From NCBI GenBank assembly GCA_951406725.2, contig OX597814.1, positions 54,374,001 through 54,438,000 of the forward strand: 64,000 nt of DNA, written 5' to 3'. Origin of the DNA: Octopus vulgaris. Taxonomy: Eukaryota. Below are positions 1 to 12,742 of the stretch, piece after piece. Position 1 is the stretch's first letter. Each line of letters begins with the position of its first letter. Position numbers and translations under genes: made by a program. The notes under the pieces were generated by a model. The model saw only the letters and a list, made by a program, of their open reading frames with translations, ran no database searches and was not told the origin of the DNA.

Positions 1-649
1 TTTTTTTCAAAATTTACTATTTTTTAAAAATTTCAAGTTTTATTTTGTAATAAGAAAAAAACACTTTCAGATATAAAAATAGCTCATTAACTTTCAACTT
101 CTGTCATTTTTTAAAATCTCATTTTGCCCATGAAATCTTTTTAAGAAGGTGAATACGATGCTAATACTAATTTTTGAATGCATTATTTTTTTTCATTATT
201 TTTATCACAGACTTAATAATCTCTCTCTTTTCAACAAACCCAAAAGTAACCTATCCTGTATGCAGTCAGTTCGCATGCTAGAAATAGCAACATTCACGTG
301 GGTATGTTTTAAGGCCTACAGCATATCAAAAGTAGCCATACCAACCAATTCATTTGTCATATTTGATTTCAAATTTATGCTAGTATGTATTATGTCTTAT
401 GTGTTTCAGTCAATGAGCTGTAACCATGCGGAAGCACCACAATTTGGTCGAACAAATCGACTGCAGTGCTTACTTTTTTAAAGCCTACCATTTTCACTTT
501 TGCCAAATCACTAAAGTACTGGGATATAAACAAACCAACACCGGTTGTCAAGTGGTGGTGGTGGTGGTGGCTATAGTAGGAGACACTTGCTCATGTACCA
601 TGCAGTGGGACTGAACCCAGAACCATGTGGTTGGGAAGCAAACATATGA

Positions 650-1140
650 AGAAACAAAGTCGAGGTGCGGGAAATATCTACCTTCCTCCAATTTTTTCTC
701 CAATAAATTCCGATATATTGGTAATTGATGCCACCTGGAAGGTATTTGCAGAAAATTTCATTACGAAAACTCAATTTTCAGTAAGTTGTGAGGAAACAAA
801 GGCGACATAGGAATTTTCCGAATCTCCTCACCCTACCTCATCACAAAATATTTTTCTAACAAATTCCTTTATAATCGTAATCTGTACCGTTTCAAAGGTA
901 TTTTTATAACATTTCATCAAAAAATACCTATTTTTCTGAAAGCTAGGAGAAAAAAATAGTGGGGTCGTGTGAATTTTCCAAAACTCCTCGCACCATCACA
1001 TCGGAAAAAAAAATTTTCCTTACAAATTCATATACAGTTGCAATCTACAGCATCTGAAAAGTATTTGATGAAAATTTTGTTAAATGTATATACTGAGAAA
1101 AAATTGTATATATGAGGAAAAATTCGGAGTAAGGGGCGCT
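650..1140. mobile_element. Fragment of an internally repetitive non-autonomous DNA element; same family as 27469-28120
   Basis: Shares sub-repeat blocks (aattccgat..., aaaatttc..., ctcctcacc/gca) with the foldback element at 27469-28120. Confidence 0.5.
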
Positions 1141-1179
1141 CTTGTGTAGGTATGCCTATACTCCTTTATATATACATAA

Positions 1180-1216
<37 letters not shown>

Positions 1217-1613
1217 CTAGCTGTATCGCCCGGCGTTGCTCGGGTTTGTAATGGAAATAACTATATAAGCATTTTTAGAGAGTTATAGCCAAAAAATAGG
1301 AAAAAAATGCATTAAAAATGGAAAAAAAATTATGGTAAATTTTTTTTTAAATCGTTGACTTATCGTAGACATTTTTAGAGAGTTACTTCCCTTATATAAT
1401 AGCAAAAGAATGCATTAAAATGAAAAAAATGATGGTAATTTTTTTTTTAAATCGTAGACTCATCGTAGACGCACGATAATACCCAGAAGGGCTCGATATG
1501 AATCACGACTATAAGATACCCGGTTTTGGTTAAACTGCACCGCAAAATGTGGGAGTAGTTAGGAATCTAAATCGTAGGAGACAGACACACAACTTCACTT
1601 TTATATATAAAGA
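1217..1613 (-). mobile_element. Non-autonomous Helitron
   Basis: Minus strand starts TCTTTATATATAAAA and ends CCCGAGCAACGCCGGG (hairpin) ...GCTAG; sits between A and T with no TSD. Confidence 0.85.
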
Positions 1614-1722
1614 TATATAACAAAGTTTTTTTTATTCCACACGGGTAGAAACATAGGAAAAATAGAAGTTGAAAATGCACTGAGGATAGTTAAAATGTTT
1701 TTTATTAATAATATATTTAAAG

Positions 1723-1761
1723 CTTTAACCGGTTTCACAGTTTACACTGATTTTCAAAAAG
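1723..1761 (-). ncRNA. Hammerhead-like variant in a Penelope-type terminal repeat fragment
   Basis: Minus strand reads CUUU-UUGAAAA-U-CAG(UGUAAA)CUG-U-GAAA-CCGG-UU-AAAG: stem I CUUU/AAAG, stem II, palindromic stem III; core differs from CUGANGA. Confidence 0.45.
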
Positions 1762-1839
1762 TTCAAATAGAAAGACGTGGCTTATGTTGCAGCTGTCTTG
1801 CTTCTGAATTTCTTTATCGCCTATAAAAAGGCATATATA

Positions 1840-3118
1840 GAAGATACAGAACAGGGGGGGGGGCGAAACAAGGACAATATTACAGCGGGCTGGGGTTACA
1901 ACAATTTAAAATTTGGATGAAATCGGAATGAAAAATGCAATTTTAAATCGAAAATAAAAAATGCAATTCTAAATCCAAAATGAAAACCGCGATTAAAAAT
2001 ATAAATACAGAAATATATAGACCAAGAGTTCATTTTTAACCCGTCGGCTTTTTCCTTTTCTTTATTTCCTTTATTGTATTTTTTCTTTACTTTCTTTTCG
2101 TTTTGACCGGCTACACAAGCACGGCTCTGTTGATACTCAACTTCCTTTCCACAGTTTTCCATCTTTTTTCCGTACACACTCTGAGGCAGGTACCTTTTCT
2201 CCAGACGGATCTTTCTTAGCCGGTAGAAGTTAAAATAACTTACCAACCCGTGTCTGGAGATAAAGTGGCCTGTCTCAATCCCTTTCGCACGTGTCATCCA
2301 TACTGTATTTTTCAATATGGCTACTACGCAGAGAAAAGACGCCTTCCTTTCTTTGTTAAAGGAAGGAGGCGGTACTATCTTAACGATGGACTCAGTCGAG
2401 AGCCGTACTCTTTCTGCATCCGACATCAGTTGTTCGACATAGCTATCAACTCCCTCAGCTCCTCAGTGTACGGTGTGCGCGACTGTTTCACTGACGCGCC
2501 CGCACCTCGGGCATGTGGGGGAGGTGTCAAAACCGAGTCTGGACAACCTCTCTCGAACCGGTAAGGCCGACTGGTAGCACAACCAAGCCAAGGATTTCTG
2601 GAAGTTATCCAGATACCTCGGCCCGAATATCCTCCCGAACAGGCTGGTCAGTTGTCCCTCATTGAGGCCTAGAGTCTTTCCCAGGACGTCGTCGGACCCA
2701 TACTCTACCAACCTTCTATAAAAATCCGCAGTGGTAACCTCGCTGCCAGTATTGCTCGCTCGAGAGAACAGAGTGACTGCTTGTCCGGACTCTTTCTGCC
2801 ATTCTCCCATCCTAGGTCTCCGCTTGATCCATGTACCCAAGTCCCTGAGGGACTTCAATTGTGGAAGAATTTGCTTGACATGCGGTGACCACACCTGCTT
2901 ACCATCCAGGTAGCTCCAGAGATGTCTCAGCCTCAGCGTATACTTGCACATCATAAGCCAAGACATCTCCAGTCCACCCTTTAACGGTTTCTCGCAGCAG
3001 ATGGAGCGTTCACAAGTGACGTTTTCCCTGTTCACAAAAAGCGGAAAAGGATCCGTTCCAACTCGGTCAGCCACAAACCGGGGCAAGGCACGACGGAAAG
3101 CGACGATCTTCTTCACAA
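1840..3118 (-). mobile_element. 5'-truncated, frameshifted L1/Tx1-clade LINE (ORF2 C-terminus with zf-RVT, plus 3' UTR)
   Basis: ORFs 2463-3212 and 1896-2426 contain LAWLCYQSALPVRERL...SPTCPRCGRVSETVAHTVH and VWMTR, typical of the L1/Tx1 ORF2 zinc-knuckle region. Confidence 0.85.
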
Positions 3119-3539
3119 ACAAACAAACAAACAAAAACAAGTGCACCATAGTTTGACAACTATGGTACTCATGCCGTAATTTAGCCAGAAAACTTATCGA
3201 GAACATTTGCACAAATTTTTTATTAAAATATATTTGGTTTTTACTGGATTAGAGTTTTATTAAATTACGAAATATGTCCTCAAATTTGTCTCGCGCACTG
3301 TGTGTCTATGTCTGTGTACACATACATACATACATACATACATACATGATGTTTACAATTTTATAAATGCACCTTGTATCGAATACTTCCTCATGCAGTA
3401 TCGTTATCTGAATAACCACTCTTTATAACTGACCCTTACCCTCCCCAGGGACGGACCCGGGGGTGGTCAGGTGCCTCCACCCCCTCACGAAAAGAAGTGC
3501 GCCCTTCTAAATGTTATTACGCCCTTTTCTCCTGGAATT

Positions 3540-3872
3540 GTATTCCCTTCTGACCTTGTGCCCTTTCTTCGAAAAATTCCTGAGACCGCACCTGCTCCAT
3601 ACAGTGCAGATCTTGCTCCCTGTGACTTTTGGTTGTTCTCCAAGCTGAAGCTCAGGCGGGGTTGTCGTTTTGAAAACATTGAGAAAATGGAGGCTGCGAC
3701 AAGAGTACTGGACATCTTCACTTTGGAGGACTTCTATGGGACCTTCACAAAGTAGCTAGGACGCTACAAGTGCGTTGAAGTCAGATTATTATACTTTGAA
3801 GGAGATTAGAGTTTGCACTTCTATGAAATTAATGTTTCTCCTGAAGAAGACTTCTACAATACACCTCGGATA
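3540..3872 (+). mobile_element. Mariner transposase 3' remnant
   Basis: PYSADLAPCDFWLFSKLK..RGCRFENIE...YFEGD (YSPDLAP-D motif), with a stop codon, then a TIR-like end. Confidence 0.85.
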
Positions 3873-4073
3873 TTTGTTTTGCATTGAGATATCCTTTCAG
3901 AAAGAGCAGAAAAAAAAACCTTAGCTAGACTAATCCTTAGGAACTTAATGCTTTCCTTCATTAATCACGTGAGTGCGGTTTGTTTTTGATAGCAAGCAAT
4001 GAGAATGTGCGCGCCTAGAATCAATATATTACCTATCTTAATGTCGGTAAAAAATTTCAATTCTAGAATGATT

Positions 4074-4247
4074 AATAGACAAAGATTATCTATAAATCAA
4101 ATGTTATCTGCTGAGGCATTGAGGACATGAAACCGAAAGCAAAAATCGTTCTGCGCGTTCAATAGACAAAGATTATCTATAAATCAAATGTTTTCTGCTG
4201 AGGCATTGAAGACATGAAACCGAAAGCAAAAATCGTTCTGCGCGTTC
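4074..4247. repeat. Tandem duplication, 2 x 87 bp
   Basis: 4074-4160 and 4161-4247 are identical except for 2 substitutions. Confidence 0.95.
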
Positions 4248-4374
4248 ATAAGAGACTTCTACAAAGTATGACGTTGCAATAGAAATACATCGAAGTTTTC
4301 AAGTAAAATTATAGAATTTTGATATCTGTTTATGGAATCGATGTATAATTTTTTAAAAAAACGTAGCAGCAATA

Positions 4375-4673
4375 CTTATTTCTTTACTGCCTACAAGGGG
4401 CTACACACAGAGGGGACAGACAAACGGATTAAGTCGATTATATTTTCAGTAAGTTGTGAGGAAACAAAGGCGACATAGGAATTTTCCGAATCTCCTCACC
4501 CTACCTCATCACAAAATATTTTTTCAACAACAGTGCGTAACTGGTACTCAATTTATCGACCCCGAAAGGATGAAAGGCAAAGTCGACCTCGGCAGAATTT
4601 GAACTCAGAACGTAACGGCAGACGAAATACGGCTACGCATTTCGCCCGGCGTGCTAACGTTTCTGCCAGCTCG
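4375..4673 (-). mobile_element. tRNA-derived SINE, family B, CpG-intact copy interrupted by an ~82-bp insert
   Basis: Conserved body ATCGACCCCGAAAGGATGAAAGGCAAAGTCGACCTCGGC...TTTGAACTCAGAAC. Other copies near 6125-6312, 13675-13870, 16572-16785, 16833-17022, 20170-20360, 31190-31372, 37185-37428, 58400-58515. Confidence 0.85.
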
Positions 4674-7600
4674 TATGCATGAAAATATCAACTCCTGCAC
4701 ATAGTTCAATATATAAGAATATGTTTCCCCCAACCCCTGTGGGCAATAAAGAAACATATAAGTATATAAAACGTTTCAAGAGGAATACGTTAAGGAATAA
4801 ATTAGAATCGTAACATGGTATGTTCTTACCACAAAAGATGTTGACTGTTGTATAAAGCGTGATGGTAGTTAAGAAGATGGACACTATCTTCCATCTTATA
4901 ATCCATCGTCCTTAAAAGTGGATTTGATTGATGGAAATTATGTGGAAGCCCGTCGTATGTACGTGTGTAAGTGTGCGTGAGCGTCTGTGTATCTATATGA
5001 GTGTGTATGCAATTGTGTTGTGTTGTTCCCCCTCACAACCACTTGACAACCATCGTTGGTTTGTTTACGTCTCTGTAACTTGGAGATTTGGCAAAAGAAA
5101 CTGATTGAATAAGTACCAGGCTTTAAGAAGTACTGCAGTTGAACTTGTTTGACTAAACCCTTCAAGGTGGTACCCTGGCACGACCACAATTCAATGACTG
5201 AAACAAGTAAATGATAAAAGATTAAAGATAGACAAAGCCGACTGAAGGTCCTAGCAAACTTAAGCAATCACTAGGGATGTTCCAAATACAAATCTAAAAA
5301 TGTGAAAATAAAAAATGAAATGAAATAAAAACAAAATATTCTTTTAAATCACTGAGAGGAGACAAACTTATAATTATAAAATGACATATAGATAATATAG
5401 ACTGCACCAGCAAAAATCGGAAGTACTACTCAGCAGACACTGCAACATCTGTGATGAAATACAAACGACTAATTTTTCTCTAAGTAAATCAATCTTACTA
5501 CTTATCTTGATCAGATATTTTCCATTTCCTTTTTTCATTCATTTTTTTTTTTTTTTTGGTATGTTAAAATATTATCGCAACGTTTTGAGAAAGACGAGTT
5601 TACTGATTCTAATCAAGTCTCTTCGACCTGATAGAATCAGCAATCAACTAATTCAATTCTCAACTAGCCATAAGTTTAGTATCGTGTGATTGGAGCATCC
5701 GGGTTGTGAATCGTACTTTCGTCATTTTACTCGACGGCCTGTTATCGGTGCTTTCATTCAGGTTGTTGGTGGCACTCCCTCCACCGCCATGGAGCCCTTC
5801 CCTGCAGAACCATACAGCTTCTCTGGCGATGTTTGTACGTGTGGATGTGGGCGTAGGTACTTATGTTACGGTACTCGTGTATTGTAAATCTGTGTGTGTG
5901 TAAGTGTGGGCGTGTGTGTGCTTACGTTACCTGTATATTGTAATTCCATGTGAGTGTGTGAGAGAGATTTTAATCTATTGTTTTTTGTTCCAGTCCTCCC
6001 ACCCCTTGTATTCCCTCTTCCACCACACACACACTCGCGTACAAAAGAGGTCCTTTTTCTATTCTTTGAAAGGAATTTGCGGTTGTTCTATCTTCGAACA
6101 ATTACACAACAATATGTAAAGTCGAAGGCGGCGAACTGGCAGAATCATTAGCACATCGGACAAAATATTTAACGACATTTCTTCCGGCTTGAGTTCAAAA
6201 TTCTGCTGAGGTCAACTTGCCTTTCATCCCTTCATGGTCGATGATATAAGTACCAGTCGAGCACTGGGATAAATTAGCTCCCGAAATTTCAGGCCTTGTG
6301 TCTGTAGTAGAGAGAGTATGCTAAGTCGAAGTAAAATTTTCAGCATTTTACTGGTCTAAGTATTTTTATTTAAAAATATAACAATAAATTTCTACCGAAA
6401 CACTGCACAAAAATTGTACAGACGGTCATTTTATTTCACTCCCTGTGATAATGTAACACCGTAAGTTCCCCTTTTCCATTCCTGATAACCAGGGCCACTG
6501 CGAGAGAGAAAGAGAGAGAGAGTATTTCTTTATTCACCATAAGGTTGAGAAAAAGAGGGGACAAACAAACGTTGGGGTCAGGGTATCGAATGAGACGAAA
6601 CGTATGAATAAACAAACAATTAAAATATATACAATTAAATGAGAATGAGTGAATAACAAAAAATGAAGCGGAGGACACAGTTGACCCCACAAACTACATA
6701 CACTGAAGACTTTGCTTTCTCCTTTTTTACATTCTCGATTGAGCAGGTTCTTTCACTCGAGGGAGAGAAAGAGTAGGGTGCTTGTCAGTTTCCCCTTTAT
6801 AATAACAACTCCTGTTTGTTACACCACTGCATATTGTATCCATCTGTCATGTTTCCCATGTATCATTATCTGATATCCCCTTTTCTTCTTCTCCATATGT
6901 AATCCCCTGGAATTCTTTCCCTACCCACAAATTTCTTGCAGTCTTTTGGTTGCAGATAGGTAACAAAATGCTAAACATTTGCTTAATCAAACCGACTTAA
7001 TAACAATTATATTTTGCCTTCAAAAGCAGAGACATCCTTGAGAATTTTAAGATGTTTTTCTTTCAGTCGTTCCAGCCATTTGATTGTGGCTGACTTGAGC
7101 ACCATTTACAGAAATAAAGTAACAATAACAGTTGAAGTAAATCATTAACAACAACAACAACAATAGCAGTTATACTCCCAGAAGATAAATATATCAACGT
7201 GTAGCTTTGTGGTCTTAGAAAACTTACACGTATGTGCTTAATCTTTGTCCGAGAATTAACCTAAGGAGATCACTAAGAATAATGCATAAATATGTGTAGG
7301 CGTAAAATATACGGGTATATTTATCTTTAAATTTAAAAAGAAAGATTGACGTCAAAAATATGCGCCCTTCATCTTGAAGCCTACTAAATTTACAGCCATT
7401 ATCACGCAGTCATCACTACATAAGAATGAATCATTTAAAATAAAAATTGTCAACTACAGGTTATGTTGCATTGTTACCTTGCAAAAGAAGCAAGCGCAAC
7501 AGTAAATAATTCAAGTGACAACAGCTGGTTCAAGTAATAGCTGCATAAATAGTATAATTCTAGTTGAAAAGAAGTGTGCAAGCTTGCTTCTGGTAAGAAA

Positions 7601-7736
7601 CTTGCGTGGGAGACACTTAACGTCGATTTATGATGTCTTAAATACAATTTCCTTCTTTAAGCTGCTTTTCATCGATGTGCGTGCTCGCACGCGTGAGTGC
7701 TTGTAGGTGTACGCAGCAGTCATACGTATGTGTGTA

Positions 7737-7767
<31 letters not shown>

Positions 7768-8387
7768 ATGTATGTATGTATGTATGTATGTATGTATGTA
7801 TGTATGTATGTATGTACATGTGTATGTCTGTATTCATGTATGTATAAGTGTGTATGTATGCGTGTATGTATGTGTGTAGTACGTATGTATATGTACATAC
7901 ATATGTGTGTGAGTACATACACACACACATAACAAATACCAATAGATACTTGTCCTAAATATTAACACCCTAAGTTTTTGTTTTTGTACGTACCTGTGGT
8001 GTGTGTCATACTTCAAAGGAAGAAGTAAAAAGGTTGAAAGGAGAGAAACAAAGAAAAAGAGAAAAGGTGTTAAGCAGAGGAGGTATAGTTGAAGTGAGTG
8101 GCAAAGTGAGAGAGAGAGAAGGGACACAGAAAGGAAGTAAGAGAGAAAGGGAGAGAGGGTGAGAGAGAGACAATGAGTGGTGACCGAAAGGATGTTGGCA
8201 TTCGTTTTGTGTTTTTAAATGCTTATCAGTATTTTCAGAGTAGACTGATACATACATCGAAAGAAAAGTAGATACATAGATCGAAAGAAAAGTAAATACA
8301 TAGATACATTGACACATTGTTAAATTAAAGACAAATTACTACAGCAAATATTGGATCTCACTTTCACTTTTCATTACCACACGAGGA

Positions 8388-8650
8388 TTAGATTAATGCG
8401 CAAGAAGCCGAGTATTCCACAGACATGCGTACCATTAACTTAGTTCTCAGGGAGATTCAGCCTCACACAAAATGTCACAAGACTGGCCCCTTTGATTTGC
8501 AGCTACAACTCATATTTGCCAGCTGAGTGGACTGCAGCAAAGTGAAGTAGAGTGCCTTGCTCAAGAATACAGCTCGCTGCCTGGTATTGTATTCATGACC
8601 TTACAATCGTGGGCTAAATAACCTAACCATTGAGTCACGCACCTCCACTC
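8388..8650 (-). mobile_element. tRNA-derived SINE, family D (CORE/Meta-like central domain)
   Basis: CCAGCTGAGTGGACTG..GCAA.GTGAA...CTTGCTCAAGAATAC core; related copies at 19070-19440 (-) and 20630-20930 (+). Confidence 0.7.
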
Positions 8651-9154
8651 TTAACTGCAGAGAAAAGGAGTGAAGCGATATTGACAGGGAAAGGAAAGCC
8701 TGTCATTTAAAATGACAATTACACTGAAATACGATCGAATTTCTCTAGCTTTTTTACTTTTAACAATGAAAATGAGGAAATGAGATGTAGTATTGAATAG
8801 AGGTTAAGTCTTTCAGGTGCTTAGGTTTTCATTCCGGGAATTCTAGAAAGATCGAGTGTTAGTTCTCTCTTCTTTCCCCCACCCCCGATACTTATTCCCC
8901 TTCTTTGATAGTTCTTCATGTCTTTTAGTTGGGGGGAAGAACATCTTTTTTCCCCCAGGTACGTTTAACGTTTTCGCTACAAACTACAAACAAGCCCCAC
9001 TCACCCTTTTTTTAATACAAAACCTAATGCAAATTTCGAATGGGGTATAGCTGTGAAAATAGCCCAGAAAAATGGGTAATACCCCCAACAAAATGGGTGG
9101 GGGAGAAAAGTTGCCAACAGGCGGCTACACGAAATTCAACTCTATACTTTATCG

Positions 9155-9518
9155 AGTGTCTTCTACTATAGCCTCGGGCCGACCAAAGCCTTGTGAGTGG
9201 ATTTGGTAGACGGAAACTGAAAGAAACCCGTCGTATACACACACGCGCGCGCGCACGCACGCACACAAACATATATATGAATGTGTGTGTGTATTTATTT
9301 GTCTGTCTTTGTATGTCTTTTTCCACTACCCACCATCGCTTGACAACCGATGTTGGTGTGTTTGCATCCCCGTAACTTAGCGGTTCAACATAAAAGACCA
9401 ATAGAATAAGCACCAGGCTTACAGGCAATGAGTCCAGGGATCGATTTCTTCGACTAAAGGGTGGTGCTCCAGCATGACCACAGTCAAATGACTGAAACAA
9501 GTAAAAGAATAAAAGAAT
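9155..9518 (+). mobile_element. SINE family A (5'-truncated), with internal microsatellite
   Basis: GGATTTGGTAGACGGAAACTGAAAGAA...ACAACCGATGTTGGTGTG...CAGTCAAATGACTGAAACAAGTAAAAGAATAAAAG. Confidence 0.85.
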
Positions 9519-10543
9519 TCCAGAAGAACGTTCCATACCACTAAACCAAGAGGGTTCTCTGAATATGTACGATGTATTTTAAGGTTAAATAGTAATTCTG
9601 TTTATGTTTGCGTAACTGAGATATTTTGGTTGGATTATATAGTTATCGGTTTTACACTTCTTTCTATATTCTGTGTCACAATATAGAAACATTTCTCATG
9701 GAACCAGCACATAAAATGAAGGATAGCAAAGGAGATGCATAACTTATTGGGCGAAAGGTGTTAAGCAGAGGTGGTGTTGTTGAAGTGAGTCGCAAAGCAG
9801 GAGAGGGGAAGGACAGAGAGGAAGTGAGAGAGAAAGAGAAAGAGTGAGAGAGGCAGTGAGTGGTGACTGGAAGGATGGTGACATTCCTTATTTTGTTTTT
9901 AAATGTTTATCAGTGTTTTCAGAGCAGACTGATACATACATCGAAATAAAAATAGATACATTGATACATAGATACATAGACACATTGTTAAATCAAAGAT
10001 AAATAACTACAGCAACTTTCACTTTTGGATGCCACTTTCACTTTTCATTACCACACGAGGATGGGTGGCATGCAAGGAGACATAGACAAGGGAGAGGGGG
10101 GGAGAGGGGAGGGAGAGGGAAGAGAGAGTGAGGAGATAACGCGTTCAATGCAGGAGGGTGGGTGAGAGGCAAGGAGACAGAGAGGGGAGAAAGGGGGAGG
10201 GAAGACAGAGAGAGGAGGTGACAACGTGTTCCACGCAGAAGGATGGGTGACAAGCAAGGAGACATAAATGAGGAAGAGGGAAGGGAAGGAAAAAGAGAGA
10301 GAGAGAGAGAGAGAGAGTGTGTGTGGGGGAGACAGAGAATTAGAGAGATAGATTGAGTGAAGTAAAGGAGGGGATAGAGAATAATAGTGAAAGACAATCA
10401 AACCCTTCTCATATCGTCATACAGAAAACGGTGGAAAAGTTTTCCCTTTCCATCATATATCAAAAAGTAGTTGAAAACATGAAAATTGTAAAAAGAAATG
10501 TTGCCTATTTATCTATCTGTCTGTCTACCTACCTACCTCCTTG

Positions 10544-10619
<76 letters not shown>

Positions 10620-10687
10620 GTTGACATTTATTCTGTCTGTCTGCATCCCTCTCTCCCTTTCTCTGTCTCTGTCTCTCTCTCTGTCTC

Positions 10688-10733
<46 letters not shown>
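10544..10733. repeat. Compound (CT)n/(CTAT)n microsatellite
   Basis: Directly visible. Confidence 0.95.
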
Positions 10734-10736
<3 letters not shown>

Positions 10737-12494
10737 GAATACCTGTCGATGTCACTGTTTCTTTTCTACACTTAAAGGGATAGATACAAAGAAAAACAGA
10801 AATATAAGGTGTTAAGCAGAAGAGGTATAGTCGAAGTGAGTGGCAAAGCGAGAGAGAGAGGAGGGACAGAGCAGGAGTGAGAGGGAAAGAGAGAGTGAGA
10901 GACAGAGTGAGTGGTGACTGAAAGGAAAATGGCATGGTCACTATTTAAAGATGCTTACATTTCTTGTATTTCGTACAATTTCATAGGGTTGTGCTTATAC
11001 ATAATTATTTGATAGTTATTAAATGAAGTCACTATTTACAGATGCTTACACTGGATCTTTACCTTTTGACCGACAGATTTTAAAAACAATTTTTTGTAAC
11101 TAAACACTTTCAAACTTTGGACACTGGTAGAATATGTCATATAAAACATCTTTTACTCTTAGCGTTTTTGAGAAAAGCTTATATTTAGACGGTTATTTCA
11201 CGTTAAAGTTGTAGTATTTCGGTAATTTCAACCAATCAATGACGTGTATTCAGCTGAATAAAATTACTGCTGTTGTTTGTCAACAAGAACTTCTGGTGGT
11301 GTATATTTCGTTTGTCACTGGAAGACAGTCAATTTCTGAATGTTACTTCACATATTTACAAGTAACAATAGCAATAACGAGTTAAGACTATTGAAAAGGT
11401 TGCAAGACGCCACAAAAATTTTAAGAAAATAAAAATAAGAAAAAATGTGGAAATTTTACCAGTGAGTGTGTTATATTATAAGGCACAAAAAGAAAATGAC
11501 TCTCCCCAGACACAACAGAATATGCTTCAACACACGAACTCATATAAAGAATCTTGCAAACCAAATCCCAAAACGAAAAATAAACAGGATGCTTTCAAGG
11601 TTTGATGAGGTTAGCAAAGAACTGACCACTCAAATCAAGAGACCCAGTAGATGTTTAACTCATTAAATTTCAGTGTTGTAAGCAAGCACTTATTGTGGAC
11701 AAACAACATATAGAATTGTCACTAGCAATTTCATCCTCGGTGCCTTTTTCTTTGACAGATGTTAGCTATGTATAGTTTGTTTATCTACTAACCAGCAGTA
11801 ACTATAAGACAACCAAGACTGTCAGCTGTGACAGTTTACGGCACTCAGCTATGAACCATGATAACAGTGGTCATGACAGATTAAGCCAGTTAGCTGCTGG
11901 AATCTATACCACTCATGGCTACTATCCTTGTTAGAACACAACCTCTCATAAGAGCTATTGAACTGATCCTTTTGGCTTAAATATCTTCATTTCTGTTGTT
12001 TGTTGTAACGACATATTGTTCTGTTAACAACAATGAATGTGTTGTATTTGGAATTTCATACAGATACCTTTTTCTTTCATCTCTCAACTCAACCAAAATA
12101 TTTATATCTTCATTACAAAATGAAGTGCTATGCATTGGTGTATGAAAATAGTAATACCAGCCACTAAGGAAAAATTCCAGACAAGGACTATTTTAGAATT
12201 TAAGAAACCGAGATAAAGTAAATTAACAATAAAAATAAAAAATAAAAATAATAGATAAATAATAAAATCAAGGGCAAATGAGTATCAGAAAAATGTAAGA
12301 AAAAATTTGGTGAGATAAAAAGTGAGAGAAGTGGAGGTTAGTTAAAGGCAGCATATAGTTTTGATACAAGAATTAGATAAATAAACATTGATACATAACA
12401 TCAGTTTAACTTACATACACTCACACACAAACACACACCACATACACACACACATGCATTCACACATACATACATACATACATACATACATACA

Positions 12495-12527
<33 letters not shown>

Positions 12528-12529
12528 GT

Positions 12530-12742
12530 AGGGTTGGAGTTTGGTCAGGATAAATGCTGTTATATGGTTGTGAAAAGGGGGGAAAACTATAAACCAGATT
12601 AGTAACATCTCCATAAATGATTTGGCTGTTTCCCCTACATCTGACGAGGAATGTTACAAGTATCTAGGGGTGGATGGAAACATATCTTACAATGGCAACT
12701 GTAACAAAACACATGTCACTAAAGAATATTACATGTCTAGAT
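12530..12742 (+). mobile_element. Dong/R4-clade LINE reverse transcriptase fragment
   Basis: GLEFGQDKCCYMVVKRG, then after a frameshift SDEECYKYLGVDGN...VTKEYY; matches the GMEFG.DKC / YKYLG / KEY motifs of R4/Dong RT. Confidence 0.75.

Larger units (their letters stand above)
8064..10925 (+). repeat. Local dispersed repeat, three copies (8064-8387, 9755-10062, partial 10806-10925)
   Basis: Shared AAGGTGTTAAGCAGA..GAAGTGAGT.GCAAAG...GAGTGGTGAC; the first two continue to CACTTTTCATTACCACACGAGGAT. Confidence 0.85.
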
